Part shown: positions 41,673 to 52,864 of the stretch, in pieces
Layout of the letters: each line of letters opens with the position of its first letter
Numbering within the stretch: the first letter of the stretch is position 1
DNA from: a virus
Length of the DNA stretch: 64,000 bases
IMG/VR virus record: IMGVR_UViG_3300025030_000046
Coordinates: 75,240 to 139,239 of that record
Direction: 5' to 3' (one strand)
Notes under the pieces: model-generated
What the model was told of the DNA's origin: nothing
Database searches by the model: none
The model's input: only the letters and a program-made list of their open reading frames with translations
Translations under genes and position numbers: made by a program

Positions 41673-42704
41673 ATGGGTCGTTCTACAGTTTATAATAATA
41701 TATGTACTCCTGAACTATATAATCAAGTTTGCCAAGATAATAAAGACTTGTTGGATGAATTTGTTGAGTACTTAAAAAGTACGGATAAATCGCCAAAAAC
41801 TATTGATAGCTATATTGGAGATATTAAAATTTGTTTTATTTGGAATCTACAGAGCAATAAAAATAAAGAATTTACCGATTTTAATAAACGAGATATTATG
41901 AAATATCAAAACTATTTAATGAATGAGCTAAATGTTGGCTCTAGCAGAGTTAGAAGATTGAAAGCTTCCATTAGTAGTATGTCTAATTTTATTGAATCTG
42001 TTCTAGATGAGGATTTTCCAAAATTCAAAAATATAGTAAACAAAATTCCTGCTCCGATTAAGCAAACGGTAAGGTTAAAAACTGTGATAACCGAAGAACA
42101 ATTGCAGAGTTTATTCGATTACTTAATAGAAAATAAGAAATATCAGCAAGCTTGTGTTTTAGCATTAGCAGTTGCTTCTGGAGCAAGAAAATCTGAGCTT
42201 CTAAGATTTAAAGTAAGTTATTTTAAAGATGAATATATTAAGTATGGAGCATTATATAAAACTCCAGAACTAGTAAAAACAAAAGGTAGGAGTTCAAAAG
42301 GCAAGCTTATCTATAAGTGGACGTTAGTAAGCAAATTTAAACCTTATTTTGACTTATGGATGGAAGAGCGTGAAAAATTAGGAATAGATTCTGATGAATT
42401 ATTTATGGTGACAAGAAAAGGCGTTTTAAAGTCTATGGATATTACAACATTAGATAGTTGGGCAATAACATTCTCTAAAATACTAGAGGTAGATTTTTAT
42501 TGGCATTCATTGCGACACTTCTTCACTACATCTCTTTGTAAAGCAAACATCCCTGCTGAAATTATAAAAGATATTGTTGGATGGGAATCTGTGACAATGA
42601 TAGCGACTTACAATGATACGGAAGTTGATGAAGAAATAGGTAAGTATTTTGACGAAAATGGTGTTAAGGAAGTTGAAAAGAAAAGCTTAACTGATTTAAA
42701 ATAA
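41673..42704 (+). CDS. tyrosine recombinase (SPbeta YomM-like position before tape measure)
   Basis: SGARKSE, KGR, HSLRH, VGW, IATY. Confidence 0.88.
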   Translation: MGRSTVYNNICTPELYNQVCQDNKDLLDEFVEYLKSTDKSPKTIDSYIGDIKICFIWNLQSNKNKEFTDFNKRDIMKYQNYLMNELNVGSSRVRRLKASISSMSNFIESVLDEDFPKFKNIVNKIPAPIKQTVRLKTVITEEQLQSLFDYLIENKKYQQACVLALAVASGARKSELLRFKVSYFKDEYIKYGALYKTPELVKTKGRSSKGKLIYKWTLVSKFKPYFDLWMEEREKLGIDSDELFMVTRKGVLKSMDITTLDSWAITFSKILEVDFYWHSLRHFFTTSLCKANIPAEIIKDIVGWESVTMIATYNDTEVDEEIGKYFDENGVKEVEKKSLTDLK

Positions 42705-42846
42705 AACCCTTATTTTAACCAAAATCTAGCCTTAGAGCCTCAACAGTTCTAGGGCTTTATAATCTTCATTTTTGAGTTCATGTGATGTGAATTGAAAAGT
42801 GGAGATTATTTTTTTATGAAAATTTATTGAAAGGAGAGTGAATTAA

Positions 42847-45800
42847 ATGGCAGACAATCTCGATATAATTATTAATGCGAAACTAAATACAACTCAAACA
42901 ACTCAAACCGCCAGAAAACAAATAAAGCAAGTTGAAGCAGAAATAAATAAAACCCCAATGCAGCTACGTATTGAGTCAAGTACTGGAGTATTAAAAGCGC
43001 AAGCGGTTCAAGCTACTAAAGAATATAAAGCAATGTATTCAAACATTATTCGTGAACATGAAGGAATGCAAAAAGCAATATCTAAAACAGAATCTAACAC
43101 CAGAAATAGAATCCAACAAATAGAAAAAACACAATCTTCTGCTCAGAATAAAAACCTAGAACAACAATATGAGCAAAAACAAAAACTAATTCGCTTAGAG
43201 TTGGAGCAACAAGCCACAGCACAAAAAAGACTTGAAACTTTAAGATTGGAAGCTCAGGAATATATAAAGATAACTGCTGAAAAACTTAAAGGGTTATCTA
43301 CTAAATATAGTTATGGTAATCAATCCACATCTCAACAAATGCAAAAAGAATTAAATAATGGTATGCTTAATTTTAAGTCTATTGACAGTATCCCTGCAAA
43401 ATTACAGGTCTGGAAACAACAGATATCACAAATAGAAAATGAATTGAAAGCTAGCCATCAAAAAAATATAAACTTACTGAATGAGCAGATTGCAAAAGAG
43501 CAACAATCTGCGAGTAAGAAATTAACCAATGCTAAACTAATAGAGCAAGCACAGGGTAAGCAGGCTAATTTAATTGATGAGGGAATAAGATTAAGAAGGC
43601 TCGAAGGCGAACAACAGTCCTCATTATTGAGAAATCAAATGCAACAACAACAAGCAGAGAGACAAAGAACTTTTGAATTAGGACGTCAGATTGCTTTGTT
43701 TAAAGAACAAAAAGCTATCCAAATGCAAAATTTACAATCAACATATGGTAGCTCTTACAATAGTCCCAACGTAAGATCTCAGGTTTCGGGAGTTCAAAGC
43801 AGTATAGCAAACTTAAATGCGGGCAACTTTCATGAACAATCTGAACGGATAAATACTGATATAGGTCATATTCGTGCTAATTTAAACGAAGCGAGAGCTG
43901 CATCTAATAGTTTTGCAAATGACTTATTCCATAATGCCTATAAAATGTTACAGTGGGCTGCTGTTGGAACTGCTATATTCGGTACATGGAGGGCATTACA
44001 AGATGGTGTTCAATATATAACACAATTAGACACTGCACTTAACGAAATTAGAATAGTAACTGGAAAAACTCAATTAGAGGTAGAAAAACTTGCATCTAGC
44101 TATAATAATTTAGCAAAAGAAATGAGTGTAACTACAACAGAAATTGCTTCGACAGCCGTTAGTTTATACAGACAGGGTTTGTCGGAAGATAACATAAATG
44201 AACGTATGCAAGCAATTATAAAATATGCTAAGATATCGGGAATAAGCTTAAAAGAAGCTGATACTATTATTACAGCAAGTGCAAATGGAACGAAGGCGAG
44301 CGTTAATGAAATAATAGATGTATTTAGTTATTTAGGAGATGCTACGGCGACTGGAGCCGATGAGATAGGAAAAGCATTTCAAAGAAGTGCATCTGTAGCC
44401 TCTATAGCAGGAGTTGATTATAAAAAATTAGCATCTTATATTGCGGTAGTGTCTAGTACTACGAGAGTATCTGCTGAAACTATTGGTAATTCCATGCGAA
44501 GTTTGATGATACGATACCAAGCTATTAAAGAAAATGGATTTAACGCCGAAGATGCAACAAATATCAATCAAGTGACAAAAGCATTGGAGGACGTTAGTAA
44601 ACAAACAGGGTTTTCTATTAGTGCTATTGATAAAAGTAGCGGTATGCTTAGAAATTATACAGATGTACTTGATGATTTATCTAAAGTTTGGGATGATCTT
44701 AATCCTAAACAAAAAGCATATTTACAAACTGCGTTAGCGGGAAATTATCAGGGAGATAAATTCGCTGCCCTGATGGAGAACTACACGAGATCTATTGCAT
44801 TGTATGAGGGGTCATTAGTTTCAGCAGGAACGGCACAGGAAAAATTTAATATTTGGCAAGAAGGAACTCAGTCAAAACTCGATGGATTAAAAGCAGTATG
44901 GGAAGGCTTGACAAAGGCAGTATTAAATTCAGGGTTTTTTAAAGCAGTTATCAGTGGAGTAACAGGTATATTAGATGGTTTAAGCACATTGACTGGTCAA
45001 CTTTCATTGGCAGTATTTTCATTTACATTGCTTACAATAGCGGCTAAAGCATTCACAACTCAAATAACCGCTGCTTCTTTAGCAATTAAAGGATTTGTTG
45101 CTTCTGTACCAGTAATAGGTTGGATTGCTTTGGCTATTTCAGCTTTAATACCAGTAGTTCTTGGTTTCGCTAGTGCATCTAAACGGGCTAGAGAAGAGCA
45201 AGAGAAATTAAGTAAACAAACACTTGAAGAAGTTCAAACAAGTGTAAATAAATTAAATATAGATGAACAAAAAAGACGAAAATTAGATGAGTTAGTTAAG
45301 TCTTATGACGATTTAAAGAAAAGTTCTAAAGGGACTAAAGAAGAAGAAGATACGCTACATAGTTTACAAGTTAAAATGGTAGCATTGTATCCTAATCTTG
45401 CGGATGGAATTGATAGTGTTGGAGATGCCTATACTAATAATATCGAAAAAATAAGGAATTTCACTAAAGAACAAAAGAGTGCATATATTCAAGGGCTAGA
45501 TCAACAAAAACAGATTTTAGGCTTTAAGATGTCTGACTTTAAAATACAAGAATCTTCCTTGATACAGAAAAAAGCAACTATGCTACCAACCAAAAATAAA
45601 ATTTTAGACAGTTATGGTAATTTAAACAAGACTAGTTTTTCGGAAAATGAATTAAAAGATGTGGCTTTAGCATTAGGGTATAAAAGTGATTTCTGGAGTA
45701 CTGCCGATAGTAAGCTAATAAAGGAGCTTGGCGGAGATTATAATATTAAGACTATTAAAATGCAAGGTTATGGTAACGATCAAAAAACTTTAAACAAAGA

Positions 45801-48153
45801 TGCTATAAAAAGATTGGGAGATATTGCATATAATAAATATAGCGAAGTAGATAAGCAGTTGATAGATGTCCAAGGTCAAATTGAACAATTTAATAATCTT
45901 GATACAACTATTAAAGAATTACAAAATCCCAAAGCAAAAGCTAATAATAATGACAATATACCTAAAATCAATAATATTTATAATCAAGAAACCCTAAAAC
46001 AGTTACTTGATGCAGATAAAATTTCTTTATCAACATATGTATCTCAATTAGAAAAAATTAAAAAAGATAAATTTGGAAGTTTTATAGGTAAAGATGTTAA
46101 AGCATTAAATGCAATGCTATTAGATCCAAAAACTAAAGAAGAAACTGAGAAATATTTATCTTTAATGCAAGATATTAATGGTGCTAACAATAAAGATAAA
46201 AAAGGCTCCTCGACTGGTCAATCTTTTGATGAAAAATATGTTAAAGAATATAACGCAGAAGTTGACAAATCTGTAAACAAAATTAAGCATCTCACAAATG
46301 AATTAGATGTATTAAACGCATCAACATCTAATTACAGAGAAAAACATAAAAAAGTTAACGAAATTCTTGATGAACAGAAAAACAAACTTGAGAAAATACA
46401 TCTAGCATCCGAAAAGTTAAAAGGTAAAAAATCAGACTTAGAATCACAAATGATTGGTATAGGAATCAATCCAAACTGGTCAGAATCAAAAAAGAATAAC
46501 ATATTTGATTCTTGGGACAAAAACACAGATAAGAGAAAATTATTTAATGAACTGTATAAAGATTGGCAAGAAACAAGTAACGGAATTATACAGAATGATG
46601 ATGCTTATTTTAGTACAGTTAAAGAAATATTCGCTAACAGAAAACAACTAGTAGATAATCAAGTTAAACAAGTCGAGGATTATCAGTCTAAACGTATTGC
46701 TAAAAATGAACTTCTTTTAAAACAATCTCAAGGGCACCAATCATTATTGAAAGAAGGAACTCCAGAATACAGTAAAGAAATAGACGTACAAGTTAATCTG
46801 CATAAAGAAAAACAAAAAATATTAGAAGACGAAGCAGAAAGACTTAAAAAGATATTAGCAACAAACAAAAATTTAACCGAAGAAGACCGTAATCAAATTC
46901 AACAGAAAATTGATGCTAGGTCTAGTGGCTGGTGGGACGAAGAACAAAATATAAGTTCATTGATAAAAAAACGTCAGGAAGATGAGCTTAAATACGTAGA
47001 AGATGCTCAAAACGCAATGATGGATATCCGTAGAAAAGCTGGCGAAGAAGAAAAGAGAATCTTAGAAAAAGATCTAAAAACATATACGGACAACATAGAT
47101 AAAAAAATAAAAGCTCTTGATGATTTAATTGATAAAGAAAACTATGATACTAGTATTCAAAATCAAGACAAAGATATAAACAAAAAGCAAGCAGAAATAG
47201 ATGCTTTAGCTCTCGATAATTCTGCTGAAGGATTAGCACGAAAAGCTCAATTAGAAATGGATTTAGCTGATTTAAAATCTAAAAAAGATGATGATATACG
47301 CAAGCATAGTCAAGACGAAGAAAAAAAGACGTTGCAGAATTTAAAAGACGTAGAAAGTAAAAAAGTTGAAGAGAAAAAATCTGCAATTGATGAACAATTA
47401 AGCGATGCTAAATTATTTAATACCGTTCAATTAGAATTAACTAACTCAACAGTAGATCAGATAATTGACGAGTATGAAAAAATGGCAAAAGCAGTTGGTG
47501 GAAATTATGACACCATGATAGAAAAGGCTAAGTTTTTCAATACGATTTCAGCAGCTAAAAAAGTCGTTAACGATGAGTCGTCTGCATACCACAACCCTAC
47601 TGACATTACAAAGGATTATAATGAAGCCTCTGGAAAAGATGTAAACGGAAAATTAATTGATAAAATAATTAGCTTAAAAGAACAGTACGAAAAAGCAACT
47701 ACTGCATCTCAGCGTACCTCAATACGTGGAGAAGCTGATTCTATCAGAACTCAATTGCCTTCCGATGTAGCACAAAGGACTAGCGAATTAAATACTGAAG
47801 AGCTAAAAAAATATAAAGAAGACATTAAAAATAGAGTATACAAAAATGGCGGGCTAGTTGACTTTACTGGCGCAGCATGGCTAGACGGTAGCAAAAGCAA
47901 TCCAGAATATGTATTAAAGTCTATGGATTTTACAAATTTACTTAAAATAGTGGATATCACAAAAACTATAATGCCTATGATTAATACTAATATGCCTAAT
48001 TTAGCAAGTAATAATTCCAATAAAAATGTAACAGTCCAATCTACTGTAAATATTAATGGAATCCCATCAGAAAGCGTAGATGGATTACTTAAACGTATAA
48101 AATCCGAAGTTTGGACTGACATGTGGAGAAAATTAGCTATAGAAGGAAAGTAA
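42847..48153 (+). CDS. tail tape measure protein (TP901-like core)
   Basis: 1768 aa, helical; LDTALNEIRIVT...YRQG core; hydrophobic segment. Confidence 0.9.
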   Translation: MADNLDIIINAKLNTTQTTQTARKQIKQVEAEINKTPMQLRIESSTGVLKAQAVQATKEYKAMYSNIIREHEGMQKAISKTESNTRNRIQQIEKTQSSAQNKNLEQQYEQKQKLIRLELEQQATAQKRLETLRLEAQEYIKITAEKLKGLSTKYSYGNQSTSQQMQKELNNGMLNFKSIDSIPAKLQVWKQQISQIENELKASHQKNINLLNEQIAKEQQSASKKLTNAKLIEQAQGKQANLIDEGIRLRRLEGEQQSSLLRNQMQQQQAERQRTFELGRQIALFKEQKAIQMQNLQSTYGSSYNSPNVRSQVSGVQSSIANLNAGNFHEQSERINTDIGHIRANLNEARAASNSFANDLFHNAYKMLQWAAVGTAIFGTWRALQDGVQYITQLDTALNEIRIVTGKTQLEVEKLASSYNNLAKEMSVTTTEIASTAVSLYRQGLSEDNINERMQAIIKYAKISGISLKEADTIITASANGTKASVNEIIDVFSYLGDATATGADEIGKAFQRSASVASIAGVDYKKLASYIAVVSSTTRVSAETIGNSMRSLMIRYQAIKENGFNAEDATNINQVTKALEDVSKQTGFSISAIDKSSGMLRNYTDVLDDLSKVWDDLNPKQKAYLQTALAGNYQGDKFAALMENYTRSIALYEGSLVSAGTAQEKFNIWQEGTQSKLDGLKAVWEGLTKAVLNSGFFKAVISGVTGILDGLSTLTGQLSLAVFSFTLLTIAAKAFTTQITAASLAIKGFVASVPVIGWIALAISALIPVVLGFASASKRAREEQEKLSKQTLEEVQTSVNKLNIDEQKRRKLDELVKSYDDLKKSSKGTKEEEDTLHSLQVKMVALYPNLADGIDSVGDAYTNNIEKIRNFTKEQKSAYIQGLDQQKQILGFKMSDFKIQESSLIQKKATMLPTKNKILDSYGNLNKTSFSENELKDVALALGYKSDFWSTADSKLIKELGGDYNIKTIKMQGYGNDQKTLNKDAIKRLGDIAYNKYSEVDKQLIDVQGQIEQFNNLDTTIKELQNPKAKANNNDNIPKINNIYNQETLKQLLDADKISLSTYVSQLEKIKKDKFGSFIGKDVKALNAMLLDPKTKEETEKYLSLMQDINGANNKDKKGSSTGQSFDEKYVKEYNAEVDKSVNKIKHLTNELDVLNASTSNYREKHKKVNEILDEQKNKLEKIHLASEKLKGKKSDLESQMIGIGINPNWSESKKNNIFDSWDKNTDKRKLFNELYKDWQETSNGIIQNDDAYFSTVKEIFANRKQLVDNQVKQVEDYQSKRIAKNELLLKQSQGHQSLLKEGTPEYSKEIDVQVNLHKEKQKILEDEAERLKKILATNKNLTEEDRNQIQQKIDARSSGWWDEEQNISSLIKKRQEDELKYVEDAQNAMMDIRRKAGEEEKRILEKDLKTYTDNIDKKIKALDDLIDKENYDTSIQNQDKDINKKQAEIDALALDNSAEGLARKAQLEMDLADLKSKKDDDIRKHSQDEEKKTLQNLKDVESKKVEEKKSAIDEQLSDAKLFNTVQLELTNSTVDQIIDEYEKMAKAVGGNYDTMIEKAKFFNTISAAKKVVNDESSAYHNPTDITKDYNEASGKDVNGKLIDKIISLKEQYEKATTASQRTSIRGEADSIRTQLPSDVAQRTSELNTEELKKYKEDIKNRVYKNGGLVDFTGAAWLDGSKSNPEYVLKSMDFTNLLKIVDITKTIMPMINTNMPNLASNNSNKNVTVQSTVNINGIPSESVDGLLKRIKSEVWTDMWRKLAIEGK

Positions 48154-48193
48154 TTTATATAGCCCGTCTATTAATTTAGGTGGGTTATTCCCT

Positions 48194-49033
48194 TTGAAAA
48201 CAATAAATTTTACATATAAAAATAAAATAAGGAGGTGTATACAAATGTATCAAACAACTCTTTTTACTTTTGCTGACATCACAAGTGAGTCCATGGGAGT
48301 AACATTCTGTAGATATATAGATCAATCCATAAAAGATATATTTGTTTCTGGCAGAGATATCGTATCTGAAACTATCCAAAACAACAATAAATATCAAAAC
48401 TATCTCTATAAAATAAACAAAACCCCACACACATTCAAAATCGAATTATACCACGAAAACTTAGATAATGACAAGCAACGTGAAATTGCTAGATGGTTTT
48501 TCGATCAGCAAGATTATAAACCATTTATTCCTACAGATACAAACCGAGTTTATTATATATTAGTAACTGGCGAGCCAGAATTTACTACTAACGGAACATG
48601 TGGAATTATATCTTTTGATGTAACTACTCAAGATAGTTTTTCTTATAGCAATTGGTACACTCAAGTTTATGATCTTTCAACTAGCATTACAACTCAAGCA
48701 ATAACTATTGAAAATTTAGGAGATATAGAAATTTACCCATATATAAAATTAAAGGTGATAGAAAGTAATAGCACAATAACATTAACCAATTCAACAAACG
48801 CTGGAAAATTTATATCTTTCGGAACAAATTCCAGCAACCCATTAGTAGCAAATGAAAATATTGAAATAAATACTGATTCAGAAATTATATCAACTGACCA
48901 GTTAGGACTGTATAGATATAGTAATTTATTAAGTGGTTCTGAATTTTTTGGTTTAGTAAGAGGAAATAACAACATCAACGTGTCTGGAAAAGCTATTATT
49001 ACAATGTATTATCAGTACAAATATTTAATTTAA
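48194..49033 (+). CDS. distal tail protein (Dit); probable start at MYQTT (48245)
   Basis: Follows tape measure; IENLGD and LVRGNNNI motifs; AGGAGGTG RBS before the internal ATG. Confidence 0.75.
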   Translation: MKTINFTYKNKIRRCIQMYQTTLFTFADITSESMGVTFCRYIDQSIKDIFVSGRDIVSETIQNNNKYQNYLYKINKTPHTFKIELYHENLDNDKQREIARWFFDQQDYKPFIPTDTNRVYYILVTGEPEFTTNGTCGIISFDVTTQDSFSYSNWYTQVYDLSTSITTQAITIENLGDIEIYPYIKLKVIESNSTITLTNSTNAGKFISFGTNSSNPLVANENIEINTDSEIISTDQLGLYRYSNLLSGSEFFGLVRGNNNINVSGKAIITMYYQYKYLI

Positions 49034-49047
49034 GGAGGTGTTAACTT

Positions 49048-51156
49048 TTGGATAATATAAAAATAACCCTACATAAGCGTGACCGCACAATGGTCTATAA
49101 TCTTTATGACATAATTAATCCAGTATACATCGAAGTTTATGGAGGAATTAACACTCTTGATTTTAGCATTCCTTATACTTGCCCTGATTTTTTAACTCAT
49201 GAAATGATAGACAATCCAGCGATTAGTTTAATTAAACCTTTTTATTTAGTAAAATTTAACGATGAGTGGTTTATTATAGATAAAGTTGATAAGATATCGG
49301 ACGATAAAAGTGTTCTTAATATAAAAACTCATTCGTTAGGATATGAACTAAAAAATAAAAATATAAGAGGATTTAAAACTGGAATTGTTGATAATCCTGT
49401 AAAAAATTTAACAGACACAATGAATTTAATATTGGTTAATACAAACTGGTCGGTAGACCACGTAGATGTTTCTCTCGATTTACTATATAGAGCCATTGAA
49501 ATATCTGATAAATCAGTATTGGATGCAATAATTAATGATGTGTGTATTAAGTGGGATTGTGTCCCTAAGTTTTCGACAGAAACCAGAAAGATGTCATTCG
49601 TTAATTATAAAACAGATGGTTTGGATTTAGGATTATATATATCTGAAAATAAGTACCTAAAGAACATACAATTTGAAATGGAAGAAGATTCAATTTGCAC
49701 CAAGCTTAAAATATTCGGGAAAAACAACATTAGCATAAACCAAGTGAATCCAAGTGGTCAAAATTACATTAGTGATTTCAGTTATTTCAAGCAAGATGGA
49801 TATATGACTTCGGGATTAAAAACAGCTCTTGAAAATTATGAAACAGCTATAAGTAATAATCAAACAACTTTTCAGAATTATGTATCTCAGAAAACAACTT
49901 TGCAAACTCAGCTCTCAGATAAAGAACATGAACTAGATGTTTATATAACAGATTCAACATTGGGACTTAATGCAATACAGCAAGCTAAAGATATTGCAAT
50001 AAGTAATGGTCAAGATATAAATGCTACTCAAACTACAATTGAGAATGGAATATTACAATCAGCAACTTTAAACACCGCGGTGTTGAGTACTAATACATTG
50101 AGTGATAGAGATGATTATTATAACGGTTGTAGTATAACTATTACTTCTGGAGCTGGCGTAGGTCAAACTAAGACTATTACTGATTATGTTGCAAGTAGTA
50201 AGACTATAATCGTGAATAGTAATTGGTCGACAATACCTAATAATACTTCAATGTACAATATAACCAATTCTTCTATTTTAGCTGAAGAAACTAGAAGACA
50301 GAATGTGGTTAATACAATCCAAGATGAGGTAGATTATATAGCTTTGCAAATTAGTGATATTGATGATGATATTTCAACACTTAGAAACTCTATAGATATT
50401 TCAACTTACTTAACTTCAGACCAATTAGAGGAATTGAATGATTGGACTATTGAAAAGGTTTATACAGATACCGCTATTACAGAACAAGGTGATTCACTAG
50501 ATGTTTTGCAGCAATTATTGACTGAAGCTCAAAAGCAATTATCATTACAAAACCAACCAAGATTTAATGCTACCGTTGATGTAGTTGATTTTTGTCAGGC
50601 AGTAAATGTTGATATTTCAGAAAAAGATAGATTAAAAATTGGTAGCATAGTAATGGTAAGACATTCAAAATTGAATATAGATTTAGTTTGTAAGATTATA
50701 GAGATTGAGCGTGATTATTTTAATTATAAAATTACAATAAAAATTGCTAATGAGAAAAGTATTAAGAATGGATTTACTCTTATAAAAGATATCTTGAAAA
50801 ATGTTTCTACTACTAGTGCTTTTTTATCTTTGAATTCTGATTTGTGGTCTAATGGTGGATCTGCAAATGATTTGATATCAGGTTTCTTGAATAATAGCAT
50901 GGATGCCACTAAACAAATGATAACTGCTGGAGTAAATAATGAAGTTCAGATTAATAATAGGGGAATAACTATTGTTGATCCTACTGAACCTCAATATGTG
51001 CAGCGGTTCGTATGTGGCTCTTGGGGTCTCAGCGAGGATTTTGGAAACTCATTCTCCATCGGAGCAAGCAAAGGGGTCATTCACGGAGAAATCATCAGTG
51101 GCAAAATTTACCTAAAATCCAAAGGCAAGTTTTCATCCGTTAAATATAAAATATAA
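49048..51156 (+). CDS. tail endopeptidase/Tal (N-terminal part of a split tail-tip protein)
   Basis: Prophage tail endopeptidase-like region, INQVNPSGQNYISDFSYF, coiled coil; ends abruptly in AT-rich repeats. Confidence 0.8.
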   Translation: MDNIKITLHKRDRTMVYNLYDIINPVYIEVYGGINTLDFSIPYTCPDFLTHEMIDNPAISLIKPFYLVKFNDEWFIIDKVDKISDDKSVLNIKTHSLGYELKNKNIRGFKTGIVDNPVKNLTDTMNLILVNTNWSVDHVDVSLDLLYRAIEISDKSVLDAIINDVCIKWDCVPKFSTETRKMSFVNYKTDGLDLGLYISENKYLKNIQFEMEEDSICTKLKIFGKNNISINQVNPSGQNYISDFSYFKQDGYMTSGLKTALENYETAISNNQTTFQNYVSQKTTLQTQLSDKEHELDVYITDSTLGLNAIQQAKDIAISNGQDINATQTTIENGILQSATLNTAVLSTNTLSDRDDYYNGCSITITSGAGVGQTKTITDYVASSKTIIVNSNWSTIPNNTSMYNITNSSILAEETRRQNVVNTIQDEVDYIALQISDIDDDISTLRNSIDISTYLTSDQLEELNDWTIEKVYTDTAITEQGDSLDVLQQLLTEAQKQLSLQNQPRFNATVDVVDFCQAVNVDISEKDRLKIGSIVMVRHSKLNIDLVCKIIEIERDYFNYKITIKIANEKSIKNGFTLIKDILKNVSTTSAFLSLNSDLWSNGGSANDLISGFLNNSMDATKQMITAGVNNEVQINNRGITIVDPTEPQYVQRFVCGSWGLSEDFGNSFSIGASKGVIHGEIISGKIYLKSKGKFSSVKYKI

Positions 51157-51249
51157 AATATAAAATTTCGCAAAGATAGACTGAGCTTAATTGCCTCAAT
51201 TGATAAGAGTGGATTTCATATCAACATTTATTAATATCATTAATATTTT

Positions 51250-51364
51250 CTCTTGACATGTATTAGTTTTATTGATAATATCAATATATAAAGAAATTTT
51301 ATATTGGTTAATTTTATGGTATAATTAAACAAAAAATGTTGATGAGGGATTTTAATGGCGGTAA
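51250..51364 (+). repeat. 115-bp near-identical direct repeat, copy 1 (copy 2 at 55883-55997): promoter, RBS and first codons of HTH gene
   Basis: One mismatch by eye. Confidence 0.9.
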
Positions 51365-51564
51365 AGAATAGACTAAAAGAAATATTATATAACAGAGGTA
51401 TAAAGCAAACTTGGTTAGCGGAACAAGTTAATATAACTCCGACAACATTAGGAAATATATTACACAATAGATATAACACCTCTTTGGAAGTAGCTCTTAA
51501 ACTAGCGTTTGTATTAAATTTAAAAGTTGAAGATATCTTTGAGTTGAGCGACAACATAAAATGA
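51355..51564 (+). CDS. XRE/Cro HTH regulator
   Basis: KQTWLAEQVNITPTTL and SLEVALKLA motifs. Confidence 0.85.
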   Translation: MAVKNRLKEILYNRGIKQTWLAEQVNITPTTLGNILHNRYNTSLEVALKLAFVLNLKVEDIFELSDNIK

Positions 51565-51586
51565 TGTATATTTTTTATAAAATATG

Positions 51587-51615
51587 TTGACACGCAACAT
51601 ATACTTCTATATAAT
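51587..51615 (+). promoter_or_regulatory. sigmaA promoter overlapped by palindrome ATGTTG-N5-CAACAT
   Basis: TTGACA-17-TATAAT. Confidence 0.7.
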
Positions 51616-51677
51616 CATATTGCGAGGTAAATTATGGTTTTAATTTAATCTCAAAATAATGTATAGGAGGTCTTGTA

Positions 51678-51989
51678 ATGTCTAGAGAAATAAAAGAAAT
51701 AAGTATTAATGAGTTTGAGAATGAATTTAAAACATCAGAAGGTAAGACAGTTAGTATAGACGTAAGGGGAAGTATAAGCTTTTTGAAGATAGTCAATGAT
51801 TTTGATATTTGGCAGGATGAAAATAAAATTGCTTTATGTGATTGTAATGACGAAAGTGAAGTTGGTATTCAGAAGCAAGACATTGTTTGCATTGTTCAAG
51901 ATGAAAGAATATCAAGTATTAAAACAGCCAACATATTCCTGAGAAATGGATTAGAAATAAATTTGCAGGAGGACGTAGATAATGAATAA
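51678..51989 (+). CDS. hypothetical protein, paralog of 56334..56642
   Basis: Obvious similarity KEISINEFENEF / KEITINELENDF and shared NGLEINLQ. Confidence 0.75.
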   Translation: MSREIKEISINEFENEFKTSEGKTVSIDVRGSISFLKIVNDFDIWQDENKIALCDCNDESEVGIQKQDIVCIVQDERISSIKTANIFLRNGLEINLQEDVDNE

Positions 51990-52782
51990 TTTAATATTAT
52001 TTAAAAGCGAAAAGTTCGAAAATACAACTTGTGATTTTTGGAGCAATAATAATGATGATATTTTTATGAGTATTATACAATTAGCAGAAGTATTAGGTTA
52101 TTCTAGTAAGAGTGGTATTGAAAACATCTTAAACAGAAATGAATATTTGAAGAATAATGAATTTTCAAGTACCCACAAATTGAATGTAGTTGAAGGTAAT
52201 CGTGAAGTATCAAGGAAAACAAGAGTTTTCACTGAAGATGGCATATATGAAGTAACTCTTCTAGCCAAAACAGAAAAAGCAAAGCAGTTTAGAAAATGGG
52301 TAAGAGATGTACTAAAAGGATTAAGAAAAGGTGAATTAAAATTAACTCAACAATTCAATTTACCAATTACCTATAAAGAAGCATTAGTTCAGTTACTTAC
52401 TACAATTGAGAAAAATGAAAAATTAGAGGAGCAAAATAAAGTACTTATTCCCAAAGCTGAAGGGTATGATATACTAATTGACGCTCATAATTTTCAAAAC
52501 TTTGGTGAGGTGGCTAAGTGCTTCGGGATCGGACGCAATTCATTATATTCTTTATTAAGAAGGGAAAAAATTCTCATGAATAACAATGTTCCATATCAGA
52601 AGTACTTAAATAATGATTATTTCTTAGTAAAGGAGGTTAGCATACTTCGTGGACAATATTATTTTAATGGCACTCAAACCTTCATCAAGCCAAAAGGATT
52701 AGATTTTTTGAAGAATTTGCTAAAAGAAAAAGGCTTCTGCGTCAACAGTTTAGCCCTCAACAAAAACAATGTAGCTATATAG
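51982..52782 (+). CDS. antirepressor: BRO-N plus KilA-C (ANT) domains
   Basis: FTEDGIYEV...KAKQFRKWV; LPITYKEAL; VAKCFGIGRN...PYQKY. Confidence 0.85.
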   Translation: MNNLILFKSEKFENTTCDFWSNNNDDIFMSIIQLAEVLGYSSKSGIENILNRNEYLKNNEFSSTHKLNVVEGNREVSRKTRVFTEDGIYEVTLLAKTEKAKQFRKWVRDVLKGLRKGELKLTQQFNLPITYKEALVQLLTTIEKNEKLEEQNKVLIPKAEGYDILIDAHNFQNFGEVAKCFGIGRNSLYSLLRREKILMNNNVPYQKYLNNDYFLVKEVSILRGQYYFNGTQTFIKPKGLDFLKNLLKEKGFCVNSLALNKNNVAI

Positions 52783-52805
52783 TAATATATATTTAAAAAT
52801 ATTTC

Positions 52806-52833
52806 AAGACCTTTTTATTTAAAGGTCTTTTTT
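52806..52833 (+). terminator. rho-independent terminator
   Basis: AAGACCTTT-loop-AAAGGTCTT plus T tract. Confidence 0.75.
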
Positions 52834-52864
52834 ATTATAATAAAATTTAAAGGAGGTGAGCTAA

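Noticed and set aside
51157-52864. Group I/II intron or classical intein explaining the split tail gene
   Set aside because: No intron core motifs, RT/maturase, homing nuclease or Hint-domain C1/HN signatures seen, and the insert has its own promoters and terminator
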